DNA of 40,786 nucleotides from a virus. The notes under the pieces were generated by a model. The model was not told the DNA's origin. It saw only the letters and a list, made by a program, of their open reading frames with translations, and did no database searches. Positions 1 through 8,071 of the stretch are shown piece by piece. A program made the position numbers and the translations under genes. The stretch is from positions 1 through 40,786 of IMG/VR virus record IMGVR_UViG_3300031965_000073; one strand, 5' to 3'. Every line of letters starts with the position of its first letter. Positions within the stretch are counted from its first letter, which is position 1.

Positions 1-127
1 ATCGTGGTGAGGCAAGGAAGTACAACATCAACTGCTCGATTTGAGTTTGTGACATTAAGTTCATTGCGAGTACCCGCTTCAAGTGCATGGTTTCTTTCGG
101 CGACCATGTTGGTGTTACTTTTCTCAC
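1..127. repeat. Left copy of a 127-bp terminal direct repeat identical to 40660-40786. It indicates a circularly closed or terminally redundant genome of 40659 unique bp.
   Basis: Read directly. Both copies run ATCGTGGTGAGGCAAGGAAGTACAACATC...GGTGTTACTTTTCTCAC. Confidence 0.9.
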
Positions 128-514
128 GCGCACAGTTGTGTCATGAAAAAAGCGCACTAACGAATGATGCGTAGATTGCGCTTTTGTCGGCTTTGGTATT
201 CTGACTTCTTTTACTGGAAGCAATGTGTAGAGATTGCTTGTCCCATCACGGCGATCAACACGTACAAGCTCACACTGCTCTAAGAGCTTCATGGCTCGTA
301 CCACCGTACTTTTTGAAGACCTCACTCGCTCCGCGATGGTAATCATCGACGGCCACGACCTCTGATCTTCATTCCCTGCAAACGCGGCGAGAGCCGAATA
401 CACCCGAAAGGCCGAATCCGGTAAGTCGGAAAACAGGACAGCTTTATGTGTCCATAACCAGTCTCCGCTTCGCAGATCCCGCACTTCTATTTTTGGATGT
501 ATGTTGTTACTCAT
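1..514 (-). CDS. N-terminal part of a winged-helix DNA-binding protein, possibly a replication initiator. The ORF runs off the left edge and continues in frame at 40786..40418 across the circular junction (251 aa in total).
   Basis: ATG at 514-512, translated by hand: MSNNIHPKIEVRDLRSGDWLWTHKAVLFSDLPDSAFRVYSALAAFAGNEDQRSWPSMITIAERVRSSKSTVVRAMKLLEQCELVRVDRRDGTSNLYTLLP... 129 codons precede the GTG AGA AAA that opens the track ORF 40418..40786. The HTH-like segment is ITIAERVRSSKSTVVRAMKLL. The ORF is absent from the track because it has no stop inside the window. Confidence 0.75.
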   Translation of the reverse strand, partial: MSNNIHPKIEVRDLRSGDWLWTHKAVLFSDLPDSAFRVYSALAAFAGNEDQRSWPSMITIAERVRSSKSTVVRAMKLLEQCELVRVDRRDGTSNLYTLLPVKEVRIPKPTKAQSTHHSLVRFFHDTTVRVRKVTPTWSPKETMHLKRVLAMNLMSQTQIEQLMLYFLASPR

Positions 515-588
515 GACCTCGTCAACTTCAAGTATGGCACCGGCGACAGGAAACGCCAAGAGTTGATTAGTGGGTAACTGGTGCATAA

Positions 589-1254
589 CTAAAACAATTT
601 ACCTTCGTGCATGCTGAACTCGTACCACTGTGCGGGATTGTACTCATTCGCAAGGTCACGGAAGTCCTGTTTTGGCTCACGACCTTTCTTCACTGTCTTT
701 GTTACAAAATCAACGTGCGACTGTAGTGCCTTCGTGATGGTGATAGTTTCATCAAAGCGCTCCTCGATGCGACCACGCCATACCTTCACTTTCGCCGGAA
801 CCGGATTACCGGCGAGGGCTTCCCACCCTCGCTTAGTAATCACCCATACTCCGGCCACTCGCTTGTCTCCTTTCGTGCGTAGCTGTGCCACGAGTCCGAG
901 CTTCGATGCCTGTGTCGTGCGGCATTTTACCGCGTGTGACACCGGCAATTCCGGCACTCTGACCTGATTTGCTACCGTGAACTCTAGCCCTTTGTGTCGT
1001 CTGTGCTGAACCTCCTGTGCCATCTTCAAGAGCAGAATTGCATCCCATGCATCAAAGTTGAATGTGTACTCAACCATGCTCGCGTCACAGTTCGGACATA
1101 CATCTTTGCGGGCCAATTCCGGCATTACCATCTTCATTTGTGCTTTCAGAAAATCAGGGTTATCAAGTACCTGTGGATTCTTCTTCACAATCGAGATCAT
1201 CAGATTGACCATCGCACCGAGTTTGCCACTGTGGTACTCAGTGCGCTCGCTCAT
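589..1254 (-). CDS. Hypothetical protein (221 aa) with a single CPNC motif
   Basis: Long minus-strand ORF with an ATG start, tightly packed with its neighbours (4-nt overlap with the upstream gene). No family recognised. Confidence 0.7.
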   Translation of the reverse strand: MSERTEYHSGKLGAMVNLMISIVKKNPQVLDNPDFLKAQMKMVMPELARKDVCPNCDASMVEYTFNFDAWDAILLLKMAQEVQHRRHKGLEFTVANQVRVPELPVSHAVKCRTTQASKLGLVAQLRTKGDKRVAGVWVITKRGWEALAGNPVPAKVKVWRGRIEERFDETITITKALQSHVDFVTKTVKKGREPKQDFRDLANEYNPAQWYEFSMHEGKLF

Positions 1255-1535
1255 ACGATGAAGTAAAGAGCAGCACCAATAATTGCAGTAGCGAGAATCA
1301 TGCCGAACAATTCACCGAATGTGAAACCGTTGCGGCTCGTCACCAACTTGCGAACCACTGTGAGTGTGATTACACCGGCATCAATTTCCTTACTCGTCAC
1401 CGGTATCTTCTTTCCGACTTTGCCACCGCCGCCCGTAGGTAGTGCATTCTTTTTTCGCAAACGGTACTTCGCCATGCGCTCACGATTCAACTTCTTTCGC
1501 GCTTCCTCCTTCGCCTTTGATAGTTTCTTTTCCAT
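1251..1535 (-). CDS. Hypothetical tail-anchored membrane protein (basic N-terminus, C-terminal TM helix)
   Basis: 94-aa ORF. It has a Lys/Arg-rich N-terminus, a GGGG linker and the C-terminal hydrophobic segment FGMILATAIIGAALYFIV. ATG start. Confidence 0.6.
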   Translation of the reverse strand: MEKKLSKAKEEARKKLNRERMAKYRLRKKNALPTGGGGKVGKKIPVTSKEIDAGVITLTVVRKLVTSRNGFTFGELFGMILATAIIGAALYFIV

Positions 1536-1536
1536 A

Positions 1537-1770
1537 TTAGTTTGTTGTTTTTTCTACACTCTTAATCGTCGGGTTCGCGTTCGCCGGTTTCTTTATATCG
1601 CGGCGCATTGCGCGAGCGATGAAGTCACCCTCTCCGAACGTCTGATAAATCCACCACGCCATTTTTGCTCTGTCACAATCTTCGGTGAGGTCAAGATGCT
1701 TGCATTCCTTCAAGAGTGCATCATCAATCGCTGCCACCACTTCCAGTGCCTTGTTGTTTGTTGATGTCAT
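1537..1770 (-). CDS. Hypothetical protein (77 aa)
   Basis: ORF with an ATG start. Its stop lies 1 nt from the next start and it is co-oriented with the operon. Confidence 0.55.
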   Translation of the reverse strand: MTSTNNKALEVVAAIDDALLKECKHLDLTEDCDRAKMAWWIYQTFGEGDFIARAMRRDIKKPANANPTIKSVEKTTN

Positions 1771-1771
1771 G

Positions 1772-1903
1772 TTAGCGCTTCACTGTTTCCTTCACCGTGG
1801 TTTTCGGGTATCTCACGGCGAACTTTTTAGTAACGAATCGACCTGTCTTTGCACTACGGAACACCTTTTGCGTTGCCACCTTTTTTTGCTTTTTTGTTTT
1901 CAT
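1772..1903 (-). CDS. Small basic protein (43 aa)
   Basis: Translated by hand because it is below the track cutoff: MKTKKQKKVATQKVFRSAKTGRFVTKKFAVRYPKTTVKETVKR. It exactly fills the gap between two genes. The KTGRFV...HP.TTVKE pattern recalls a widespread small-protein family; this is from memory and unverified. Confidence 0.45.
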   Translation of the reverse strand: MKTKKQKKVATQKVFRSAKTGRFVTKKFAVRYPKTTVKETVKR

Positions 1904-1913
1904 GATTATTTTG

Positions 1914-2117
1914 TTACTGCATCATTTCTAATGCACCTAATATCTTCTCGTCGTGGTCATGCATGAACTGCAAGTAATCGACTGCATTCACGCTGCATGT
2001 CACCGCCTCTACCTCCTGACCGTCTGTACCGATGTACGAACCCTTGTGGCAAAACTGCTCCTTAAACACCGCATCCCGTTCTGCCATGAGTTGTTTTATG
2101 TAGTCGTATCTGCCCAT
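1914..2117 (-). CDS. Hypothetical protein (67 aa)
   Basis: The track ORF 1914..2177 starts on GTG inside the upstream gene. The ATG at 2117 (MGRYDYIKQL...) lies 1 nt after the upstream TAG stop. Confidence 0.55.
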   Translation of the reverse strand: MGRYDYIKQLMAERDAVFKEQFCHKGSYIGTDGQEVEAVTCSVNAVDYLQFMHDHDEKILGALEMMQ

Positions 2118-2118
2118 A

Positions 2119-4263
2119 CTAAGCCATATAACCTTGTAATCTTTCAATGCCGTGGTCGCCCGCGAATAGCATGTCACCCTTGCCCGCTAGACGTTCGGCC
2201 CCTGCATCGTCGAGCACCACCTGTGAGTCAGTGATCTTCGCTGTCTTGAACACCACCTTTGTAGGGAAGTTCGCTTTGATAGTTCCCTTAATGACATCAA
2301 CTGATGGTCGCTGTGTCGCGATGATAACGTGTATGCCCGCGGCTCGTGCCTTCTGTGCGAGCAAGAGAATCGAGCGCTCAATTTCTGCTGAAATATCTGT
2401 CTCCTCAATTCTTGTTTCCTCCTCACCTTTGCGCGGGCCTTGTGCGAATACCTTGCCGGTGAGTATGGTCTTCTTCTCGATATGTCGTGCGGCAATTAGA
2501 TCGCCGAACTCATCAATGACCACAAACTTTGTCGGCATGTTCTTCATCTCTGCACTGCTTCGCTTCTTTGCTTTCGCCATCTGCTTGTACCGGTGATTCA
2601 TTTCATCGACCAATGCCCGCAACGATGTATGAATCGGCATGATGTCACACTGGTACTCGACCACATTCGCATCGTCCTGATGCTGTGAGAGTTCCACCAT
2701 TTTCGGGTCATATAAATGAATCTGCACCCCACTGATTCGAGAGAGTTGTGTAATCACACTCGAAAGGAATACCGACTTGCCGCTACCGGAAGCACCGGCG
2801 ACAAGCATGTGCGGTGCATTCCTGATGTCGAACCGTCGTGCATTCCCCATCACGTCCTCACCTATTGCAAGGTCAAAGCCGTTACCGGAAGGCAATGCAG
2901 GGAAGGTGCGCTCGAATCGTGGCACCTCGAATCCAATGAGCGAGCTATCGGGAATCGGTGCAAGCACCCGCACTCCTGAAACTCCAAGCACCTGAGAAAT
3001 ATCATCGGCAAAGTTTCGTACCTTGCTCATCTTGATACCGATGCTAGGTGCGAACCGGTATAGGTCTACCGTTGCCCCATGCACCAATGAATCGAACGAA
3101 AGCATCATGCCGTGTTCCATCATCTTCGTTTGTATTTTTTCTTCGTTTTTCATTTTTGAATAATCTATATTTTTAGCAGCTACAAATTGCTCCTCAACTG
3201 CCTTCATGAGTTTCCTCATGTTGCCCGCACTTTGTATCTCTCTTTTAAGTAACTCTGTGATGTTATCGACTTTGTGTTTCTTCATCAGTGCCGCGGTTTC
3301 CTCCGGCATATCGAGCCGGTGAATGTATGCGACGATAGCAACTTCATTGTCGAACATTGCATCGACGTTCGGTACGAATATCGCCTCACCATTGAGCGCT
3401 CGCGTGATGTCCTCATAGAATCGAAAGAAGAAGTCGAAAAACAAATCATTGTCTTTGAACACCATCTCGTACTCACGAACCTGTGGCGAGCCGTCACTAT
3501 TCTTTGTGTACTTCGCTTCCTGAAACGTCACGCTGTACGGCTCCTCACCATGCTTTGCATACGTCAGTAGGTAGTAAATCACCGCCTGCAGAATCTTTGC
3601 ACCATCAATTTTCTCCGGATTGCTGTATGCGTAGCACGTTTTATAGTCAACGATTTTCAGCTTCCCATCGACACGGTCAGTCCGGTCAATGTACCCTTTG
3701 AGTGCCACCGGTAGACGTAGCTCGCGCCCGCGCCACTCGACATCAATAATCTCTTTGATTTCATCCTCGACTGATACCAGAGTTTCTTTGTTGTATGGCA
3801 TCTGCTTCACATACGAGTTGTAGGTGAACGTGAATACCTCAAAGAGTTTTTGCTTGTTCGGTATCGTCTTCGAGTAATTGATGAACCCGTCATTGTGCTT
3901 TTCGATATAGTCCATGCCTGAGGTAAGGCCGTACTCGATTGCCTCTGCCTCGTTTGTTGGTATGAGGGTATCACTGCCACCGTAGTACACTTCCATCGCA
4001 TGATGAAAGGCATTTCCGAGAACCCCTGATACATTGCGGGCCGTATCGAACCGGTCACCATTCATGTACTCAATCTTGAATAGAATCGGATTCGTCGAGA
4101 ACCTTCGCATCGAACTCGCACTGTAGTGCGGAACCGGAAAGTCAGTTTTTATCGGCGTCGATGGCTGCCTCTCCTTCAACTGTGCTTTGATCGCCTTCGG
4201 CATTTGTAGCCCCATGCGTACTTTGGTCTTCCGCACCGACTTTGTCTTGTTTGGTTTTTTCAT
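2119..4263 (-). CDS. Fusion protein: N-terminal PD-(D/E)XK (RecB/Cas4-like) nuclease domain plus C-terminal FtsK/SpoIIIE-type DNA translocase ATPase. It has no TM segments and no gamma domain.
   Basis: Nuclease motifs: GNAFHHAME, VEDEIKE, GYIDRTDRVDGKLKIVDYKT, QAVIYY. FtsK motifs: LVAGASGSGKSV (Walker A), FVVIDEFGDL (Walker B), IIATQRPSVDVIKGTIKANFPTKVVFKT, GKGDMLF. The start is uncertain: ATGs at 4263, 4215 and 4203 all overlap the RecT 3' end. Confidence 0.8.
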   Translation of the reverse strand: MKKPNKTKSVRKTKVRMGLQMPKAIKAQLKERQPSTPIKTDFPVPHYSASSMRRFSTNPILFKIEYMNGDRFDTARNVSGVLGNAFHHAMEVYYGGSDTLIPTNEAEAIEYGLTSGMDYIEKHNDGFINYSKTIPNKQKLFEVFTFTYNSYVKQMPYNKETLVSVEDEIKEIIDVEWRGRELRLPVALKGYIDRTDRVDGKLKIVDYKTCYAYSNPEKIDGAKILQAVIYYLLTYAKHGEEPYSVTFQEAKYTKNSDGSPQVREYEMVFKDNDLFFDFFFRFYEDITRALNGEAIFVPNVDAMFDNEVAIVAYIHRLDMPEETAALMKKHKVDNITELLKREIQSAGNMRKLMKAVEEQFVAAKNIDYSKMKNEEKIQTKMMEHGMMLSFDSLVHGATVDLYRFAPSIGIKMSKVRNFADDISQVLGVSGVRVLAPIPDSSLIGFEVPRFERTFPALPSGNGFDLAIGEDVMGNARRFDIRNAPHMLVAGASGSGKSVFLSSVITQLSRISGVQIHLYDPKMVELSQHQDDANVVEYQCDIMPIHTSLRALVDEMNHRYKQMAKAKKRSSAEMKNMPTKFVVIDEFGDLIAARHIEKKTILTGKVFAQGPRKGEEETRIEETDISAEIERSILLLAQKARAAGIHVIIATQRPSVDVIKGTIKANFPTKVVFKTAKITDSQVVLDDAGAERLAGKGDMLFAGDHGIERLQGYMA

Positions 4264-5059
4264 CTTTCAAAAGATTACCCATGGCAATACCGCTCGACTC
4301 TTTCTGTGCGGCTTCCATACGGTCACTGATAATTGAATCTCGATTGTCCTCCGCGATTGCATTCACGATGGTTTCATTCTTCGGTACGAGCTTCGCCACT
4401 TGCTTCAATACGGTCTTCTTCCACATCCAAAGTTGCGGGTCATTGTTTTCATTCCATGGTGAAAAGTCGCCTCCGAAACTCTTGCTGAACTTCTTACCCA
4501 TTGCCAATATATCTTTAGCACTCATCACCTCACTCACCTCGCCACCGGAACCCAATCGCACAATCACATACGCACCGATTGCCTCACCTCTATCACTAAA
4601 GTGGTCAGGCCGGTGTGTGATTTTCTTATTCTCAACTTCAAAGAAGTCGTTTTTGCGAACCACATCAGCGACGATCTCGATTGCTCCGGCTCGATAAAAC
4701 AAAGTCACCAGACCTTGATAGCCTAGTTGGAACTGTGCTTCGAGCACTCCTTTATTCTTGTATGGCAGTACATACGCTTCACCACTCACACCCGACGGCA
4801 TGAATCCAAGCTGTGCCATGGTCATGAAACTATTTATGACCGACGGCGCTGTGCAGTTCAGCAGTTCAGGAAGTCGCTGCGTTGCCGCGACCACCGCACT
4901 GAGGAATGCCATTGCTTTCTTGTCGTCACCAAAATAGTTTTGTATCTGCCTCATGTAGTTCTTTGCAATGACATCTTTCAATATCAACTCGCTCCCGAAC
5001 TTCGTAGGAATAACCACCGGCTTTGACGCTGTGGGTTTGTTTTGCATGTCGTTACTCAT
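4142..5059 (-). CDS. recT: RecT-family single-strand annealing recombinase
   Basis: RecT-like core: APSVINSFMTMAQLGFMPSGVSGEAYVLPYKNKG...QFQLGYQGLVTLFYRAG...PWNENNDPQLWMWKKTVLKQVAKLVP. The C-terminal tail is acidic and looks disordered. Confidence 0.8.
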   Translation of the reverse strand: MSNDMQNKPTASKPVVIPTKFGSELILKDVIAKNYMRQIQNYFGDDKKAMAFLSAVVAATQRLPELLNCTAPSVINSFMTMAQLGFMPSGVSGEAYVLPYKNKGVLEAQFQLGYQGLVTLFYRAGAIEIVADVVRKNDFFEVENKKITHRPDHFSDRGEAIGAYVIVRLGSGGEVSEVMSAKDILAMGKKFSKSFGGDFSPWNENNDPQLWMWKKTVLKQVAKLVPKNETIVNAIAEDNRDSIISDRMEAAQKESSGIAMGNLLKDEKTKQDKVGAEDQSTHGATNAEGDQSTVEGEAAIDADKN

Positions 5060-5081
5060 GACGCTATTTTCTTATTCCGGC

Positions 5082-5336
5082 CTAGAGCTTCACTTTGCCG
5101 CTCTCGACACTCTTGATAAACTTCAACACGTTTTCACCTTTGAAGGTGTACCGCATCCCCATTCCGTGACCTCGTATGACAGTCCGTAAAATATCAGCAC
5201 CCATCTTGTCGGCTTTCACCGCACTCCGATACCTCCGAATGTCATTGCCACAAAAGGGAAACGCATCTGCATTCACCAAGTCCGTGAGTGTATACCACTC
5301 GTCCGGCTTGAGTTGCTGTTTTGATTTCGTACCCAT
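5082..5336 (-). CDS. Hypothetical protein (84 aa)
   Basis: The track ORF starts on TTG at 5366. The first ATG is at 5336 (MGTKSKQQLKPDEWYTL...). It is the first gene after the 5367-5504 intergenic region. Confidence 0.55.
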   Translation of the reverse strand: MGTKSKQQLKPDEWYTLTDLVNADAFPFCGNDIRRYRSAVKADKMGADILRTVIRGHGMGMRYTFKGENVLKFIKSVESGKVKL

Positions 5337-5504
5337 GACTTTTTTCTCTATTAGTAATACCTCCAATTATGCATGCTTCGCTATGTTACGACAAGCTGTG
5401 ACAAGTGGGTAACTCAAAAGAAAACGGCGTAGATTTTGTAACCCCCACCGTGTTCCTATTTTTTGCGCCCACCCATGACCGGCTTCCCGTTTTGCCGTAA
5501 ATCC

Positions 5505-6227
5505 TTAGAACTGTTTGACGTAGTACTTGTTTATCATCGCGAGGTGCGTTTCGATGTTCTCTGTCCAATCAGGACACTCACCACTGCCGCGCTCCTCATC
5601 GACACAGTAGATGCCATTCATTTCCGCAATGGAAAGGTTCACATACCGTGGCTTTTGCAATAGATATGCAATGTCTTCGATACCCTCGAATGCTGTCCGG
5701 TATGCTTTGAATGTACCATCGGGCCGCTTGATTCCTCCACAGTTGTTTTGTCGCCCCACACCGGTAGTGCAAAGCTGTGTCTCTTGCGCCGCAATCGCGA
5801 CGGCCTCTTGCCATCGCGGTAGCTTCACAATTTCATCTGAGAAAGAAACCAATGCAGGATTGTGTTCACCGAAGAACTCACGTAGAGCTTGCTCTTTCTT
5901 CGCATCAGGGAAGAACCCTTTTGCATCTAACTCCTCGAGCTTTTCTGTCGCCTCTTTGAAAGTGCGCTCCCAATAAATTGTTTCGGCTTCCTCTCGCGCC
6001 CGCTGTTTGAATGATTCCTCATTCATGATGGTTTCGATTTCTTCTGTGAGTGGGTCTAGGCGCTCTGGTGTCGTCGTAGCGTTGTTTTCGTAAGTCGTCA
6101 CACCGATCTCGCGAAGCTCCTCACGGTAGATATATCCTAGGCCCGCTGCGCCTACAAAGGCCGCGAGCATACACCACCAAAGTACTCGTTTCATCAGGTC
6201 AAAGAACTGTCCAATAATGCGTTTCAT
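5505..6227 (-). CDS. Membrane-anchored peptidoglycan hydrolase-like protein (glucosaminidase/FlgJ-type domain)
   Basis: N-terminal TM helix VLWWCMLAAFVGAAGLGYIY. The C-terminal segment AIAAQETQLCTTGVGRQNNCGGIKRPDGTFKAYRTAFEGIEDIAYLLQK resembles the glucosaminidase A.ESGWG...NN.FGIK...F..Y.S.E.SI.DY..LL pattern. Confidence 0.5.
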   Translation of the reverse strand: MKRIIGQFFDLMKRVLWWCMLAAFVGAAGLGYIYREELREIGVTTYENNATTTPERLDPLTEEIETIMNEESFKQRAREEAETIYWERTFKEATEKLEELDAKGFFPDAKKEQALREFFGEHNPALVSFSDEIVKLPRWQEAVAIAAQETQLCTTGVGRQNNCGGIKRPDGTFKAYRTAFEGIEDIAYLLQKPRYVNLSIAEMNGIYCVDEERGSGECPDWTENIETHLAMINKYYVKQF

Positions 6228-6245
6228 GCTTAATTGTTATGTTGT

Positions 6246-6446
6246 TTAATAGCTTTGCTTCTTCTCGTATTCACATTCGACACTGTGCAAGGTACAGAGT
6301 TGAAAGTCCCGTACCTGCAGTTCCAGTGCCGCATTTTGCTCCCGCAAGTCCATGAAGGCCACCCGAATCGGTATGACCACCATGGCTGTAATCGCGGCTG
6401 CGAGGATAATCGCTACCAAGATTGATAATGCTGTTGCTCTTTGCAT
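6246..6446 (-). CDS. Small membrane protein (66 aa)
   Basis: ATG start and one TM helix (ALSILVAIILAAAITAMVVIPI). Preferred over the overlapping ORF 6271..6543, which has an unconvincing composition. Confidence 0.45.
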   Translation of the reverse strand: MQRATALSILVAIILAAAITAMVVIPIRVAFMDLREQNAALELQVRDFQLCTLHSVECEYEKKQSY

Positions 6447-6587
6447 GTCTTAATTGCTTAGATTTGCCCCGTAGGGCCGCGATACCCCTTGTATCGCTAC
6501 TTCTTATAATAACTCGCTTTACGCTCGATTTTGACCGGCTCATGCCTCTGTCCTAGCATTCTGCGTGGTCGAGCGCCTAACTGAACC

Positions 6588-6815
6588 CTATTCTTGTTCC
6601 ACTTGACAGATACACTTTTCTGTACCGACACCATGCATCATGTGTCCTTCTCCATCATCGACATCGGTACTCACTTCCCCTGTTCCGAGACAGTAGGCGC
6701 ACACTTCCTCTGTGGCACATACCTTCTTGCATCGTAAGCATCTGCGCCCGATACCTCCACTGAGTTCCCAAGTTTCAGCCTCACAGCATTTTGAGATTAG
6801 TGTTGTTTCGCTCAT
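6588..6815 (-). CDS. Cys-rich zinc-finger protein (DnaJ-type CxxCxGxG motif)
   Basis: Motifs CLRCKKVC, CAYCLGTGEV and CICQ. The ATG start overlaps the next gene by 4 nt. Confidence 0.6.
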   Translation of the reverse strand: MSETTLISKCCEAETWELSGGIGRRCLRCKKVCATEEVCAYCLGTGEVSTDVDDGEGHMMHGVGTEKCICQVEQE

Positions 6816-7105
6816 ACCTTCGTGCTGTCTAATGCTGTTAAATACACGTCACCTTCGATGTAGGTGACACTCACCTCATTGTTTTGAACCTTCCAGTGAT
6901 ACGGCGCTCGATACTCTACATCGCGGAACCCTCGTGCATGCAACTCGTAGTAAAAGTCCATGCACTCATTGTCCCAACTCTCGAAGAAGTAAACCGCATT
7001 CGCTCCCATGAGTGGTGCGGCTGAATCCCCTTTGTGGTAGAACCTTCCTCCGAACTTCGTGGCTATCGCGGCTGCCTCCTCAACGTGTTTTCTAGTCGCT
7101 ATCAT
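6812..7105 (-). CDS. Hypothetical protein (97 aa)
   Basis: ATG start with operon-style overlaps at both ends. Confidence 0.6.
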   Translation of the reverse strand: MIATRKHVEEAAAIATKFGGRFYHKGDSAAPLMGANAVYFFESWDNECMDFYYELHARGFRDVEYRAPYHWKVQNNEVSVTYIEGDVYLTALDSTKV

Positions 7106-7466
7106 GTTTGTTTTTTAGATGAACGTGTAAGTTGAAGCAGTCGCGTGGGATATTTCCTACACCATCATCTGAGTAAAAGGTGCTGAACTCTGCATCTGCA
7201 AAGTCCATCGCTGCGTATACCCTGTCTCGTGCCTCCTTCGCCGCGAGATTCAATTCCTCGCGGCATCGCATGCAGTACGGCATTCCTTCGAGGCAATAGC
7301 AACCCTTTGGCCTTTGAATCTCAATGGTCGCACTCACCCAACCGGAAGCCGTACCTCTGCCCTTTTGTACTGATACATTTTTGCGCCCGTATCTTTCAGC
7401 GAGCGCCACCTTCACAATCTTCGTGATCTCATTTGCACTTACATACTCTTTATGTATTTGTGTCAT
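7092..7466 (-). CDS. Hypothetical protein (124 aa)
   Basis: ATG start with a protein-like composition. No family recognised. Confidence 0.6.
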   Translation of the reverse strand: MTQIHKEYVSANEITKIVKVALAERYGRKNVSVQKGRGTASGWVSATIEIQRPKGCYCLEGMPYCMRCREELNLAAKEARDRVYAAMDFADAEFSTFYSDDGVGNIPRDCFNLHVHLKNKHDSD

Positions 7467-7477
7467 GACGTTTGGTC

Positions 7478-7906
7478 TTACCGATACTTTTTAAGAATGT
7501 CCTCTATCGCACTGAACACCTCCGGCAACACTATTTCATTGATGCGTTTTGTTTCCGCTTCATTTTTGATAGTCAATGCAACTGGATTTGTGGTGCAGTG
7601 ACTTCCTCCCCTTCCGAGTACTTCTGCCGCCTCTCGCAATGAGTAAGCGGTCAGCACCAATTCCGTGAAAGTCCACACATCGTTCTCATCAGTGACGGTG
7701 AAACTTTCTCCGAAGTGTTTAAGAATCGCGTCGCGTAGGTGAATGTTCTCTGTGCGATTCAGGCCGTCTAAATGGTAGTGAGTATTTTTGTTTCCGAGAT
7801 ACCCGAATCCCCAATACCATCCGCAACTCCACTCCGGTGCGGAAAGGTAGATCACTTCATCATCTACCTTTCCCATCTTGAACTTTTCAGTGAATGTTGT
7901 TTTCAT
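7478..7906 (-). CDS. Hypothetical protein (142 aa)
   Basis: The track ORF begins on TTG at 7945. The first ATG is at 7906 (MKTTFTEKFKMGK...). It contains a Trp-rich motif, PEWSCGWYWGFGYLG. Confidence 0.6.
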   Translation of the reverse strand: MKTTFTEKFKMGKVDDEVIYLSAPEWSCGWYWGFGYLGNKNTHYHLDGLNRTENIHLRDAILKHFGESFTVTDENDVWTFTELVLTAYSLREAAEVLGRGGSHCTTNPVALTIKNEAETKRINEIVLPEVFSAIEDILKKYR

Positions 7907-8066
7907 TTTTTTCCAAGAAACTTTGTTTGTGTAATGCGACTCCAAGCGCGTCGATGATTTTCTGTGCGGCTCCCGTCACTTCGACTTCGACCATCTCACC
8001 ATCTTCCTCGAATGTGTATGCCGTGTAATCTTCACCCACATGAACCTTCTGAATGTTTTTTATCAT
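7887..8066 (-). CDS. Small hypothetical protein (59 aa)
   Basis: Translated by hand because it is below the track cutoff: MIKNIQKVHVGEDYTAYTFEEDGEMVEVEVTGAAQKIIDALGVALHKQSFLEKNENNIH. It starts 5 nt after the upstream stop and fills an otherwise empty gap. Confidence 0.45.
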   Translation of the reverse strand: MIKNIQKVHVGEDYTAYTFEEDGEMVEVEVTGAAQKIIDALGVALHKQSFLEKNENNIH

Positions 8067-8071
8067 GATGC

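Noticed and set aside
6271-6543. 90-aa minus-strand ORF overlapping gene 6246..6446
   Set aside because: Its composition (Gly/Ser/Arg-rich, no domain-like segment) is poor, and it overlaps a better ORF that contains a TM helix. Its 5' part covers two small hairpins (GCCCCGTAGGGC and GCGATAC-CCCTT-GTATCGC, about 6466-6497), so that stretch is probably non-coding.
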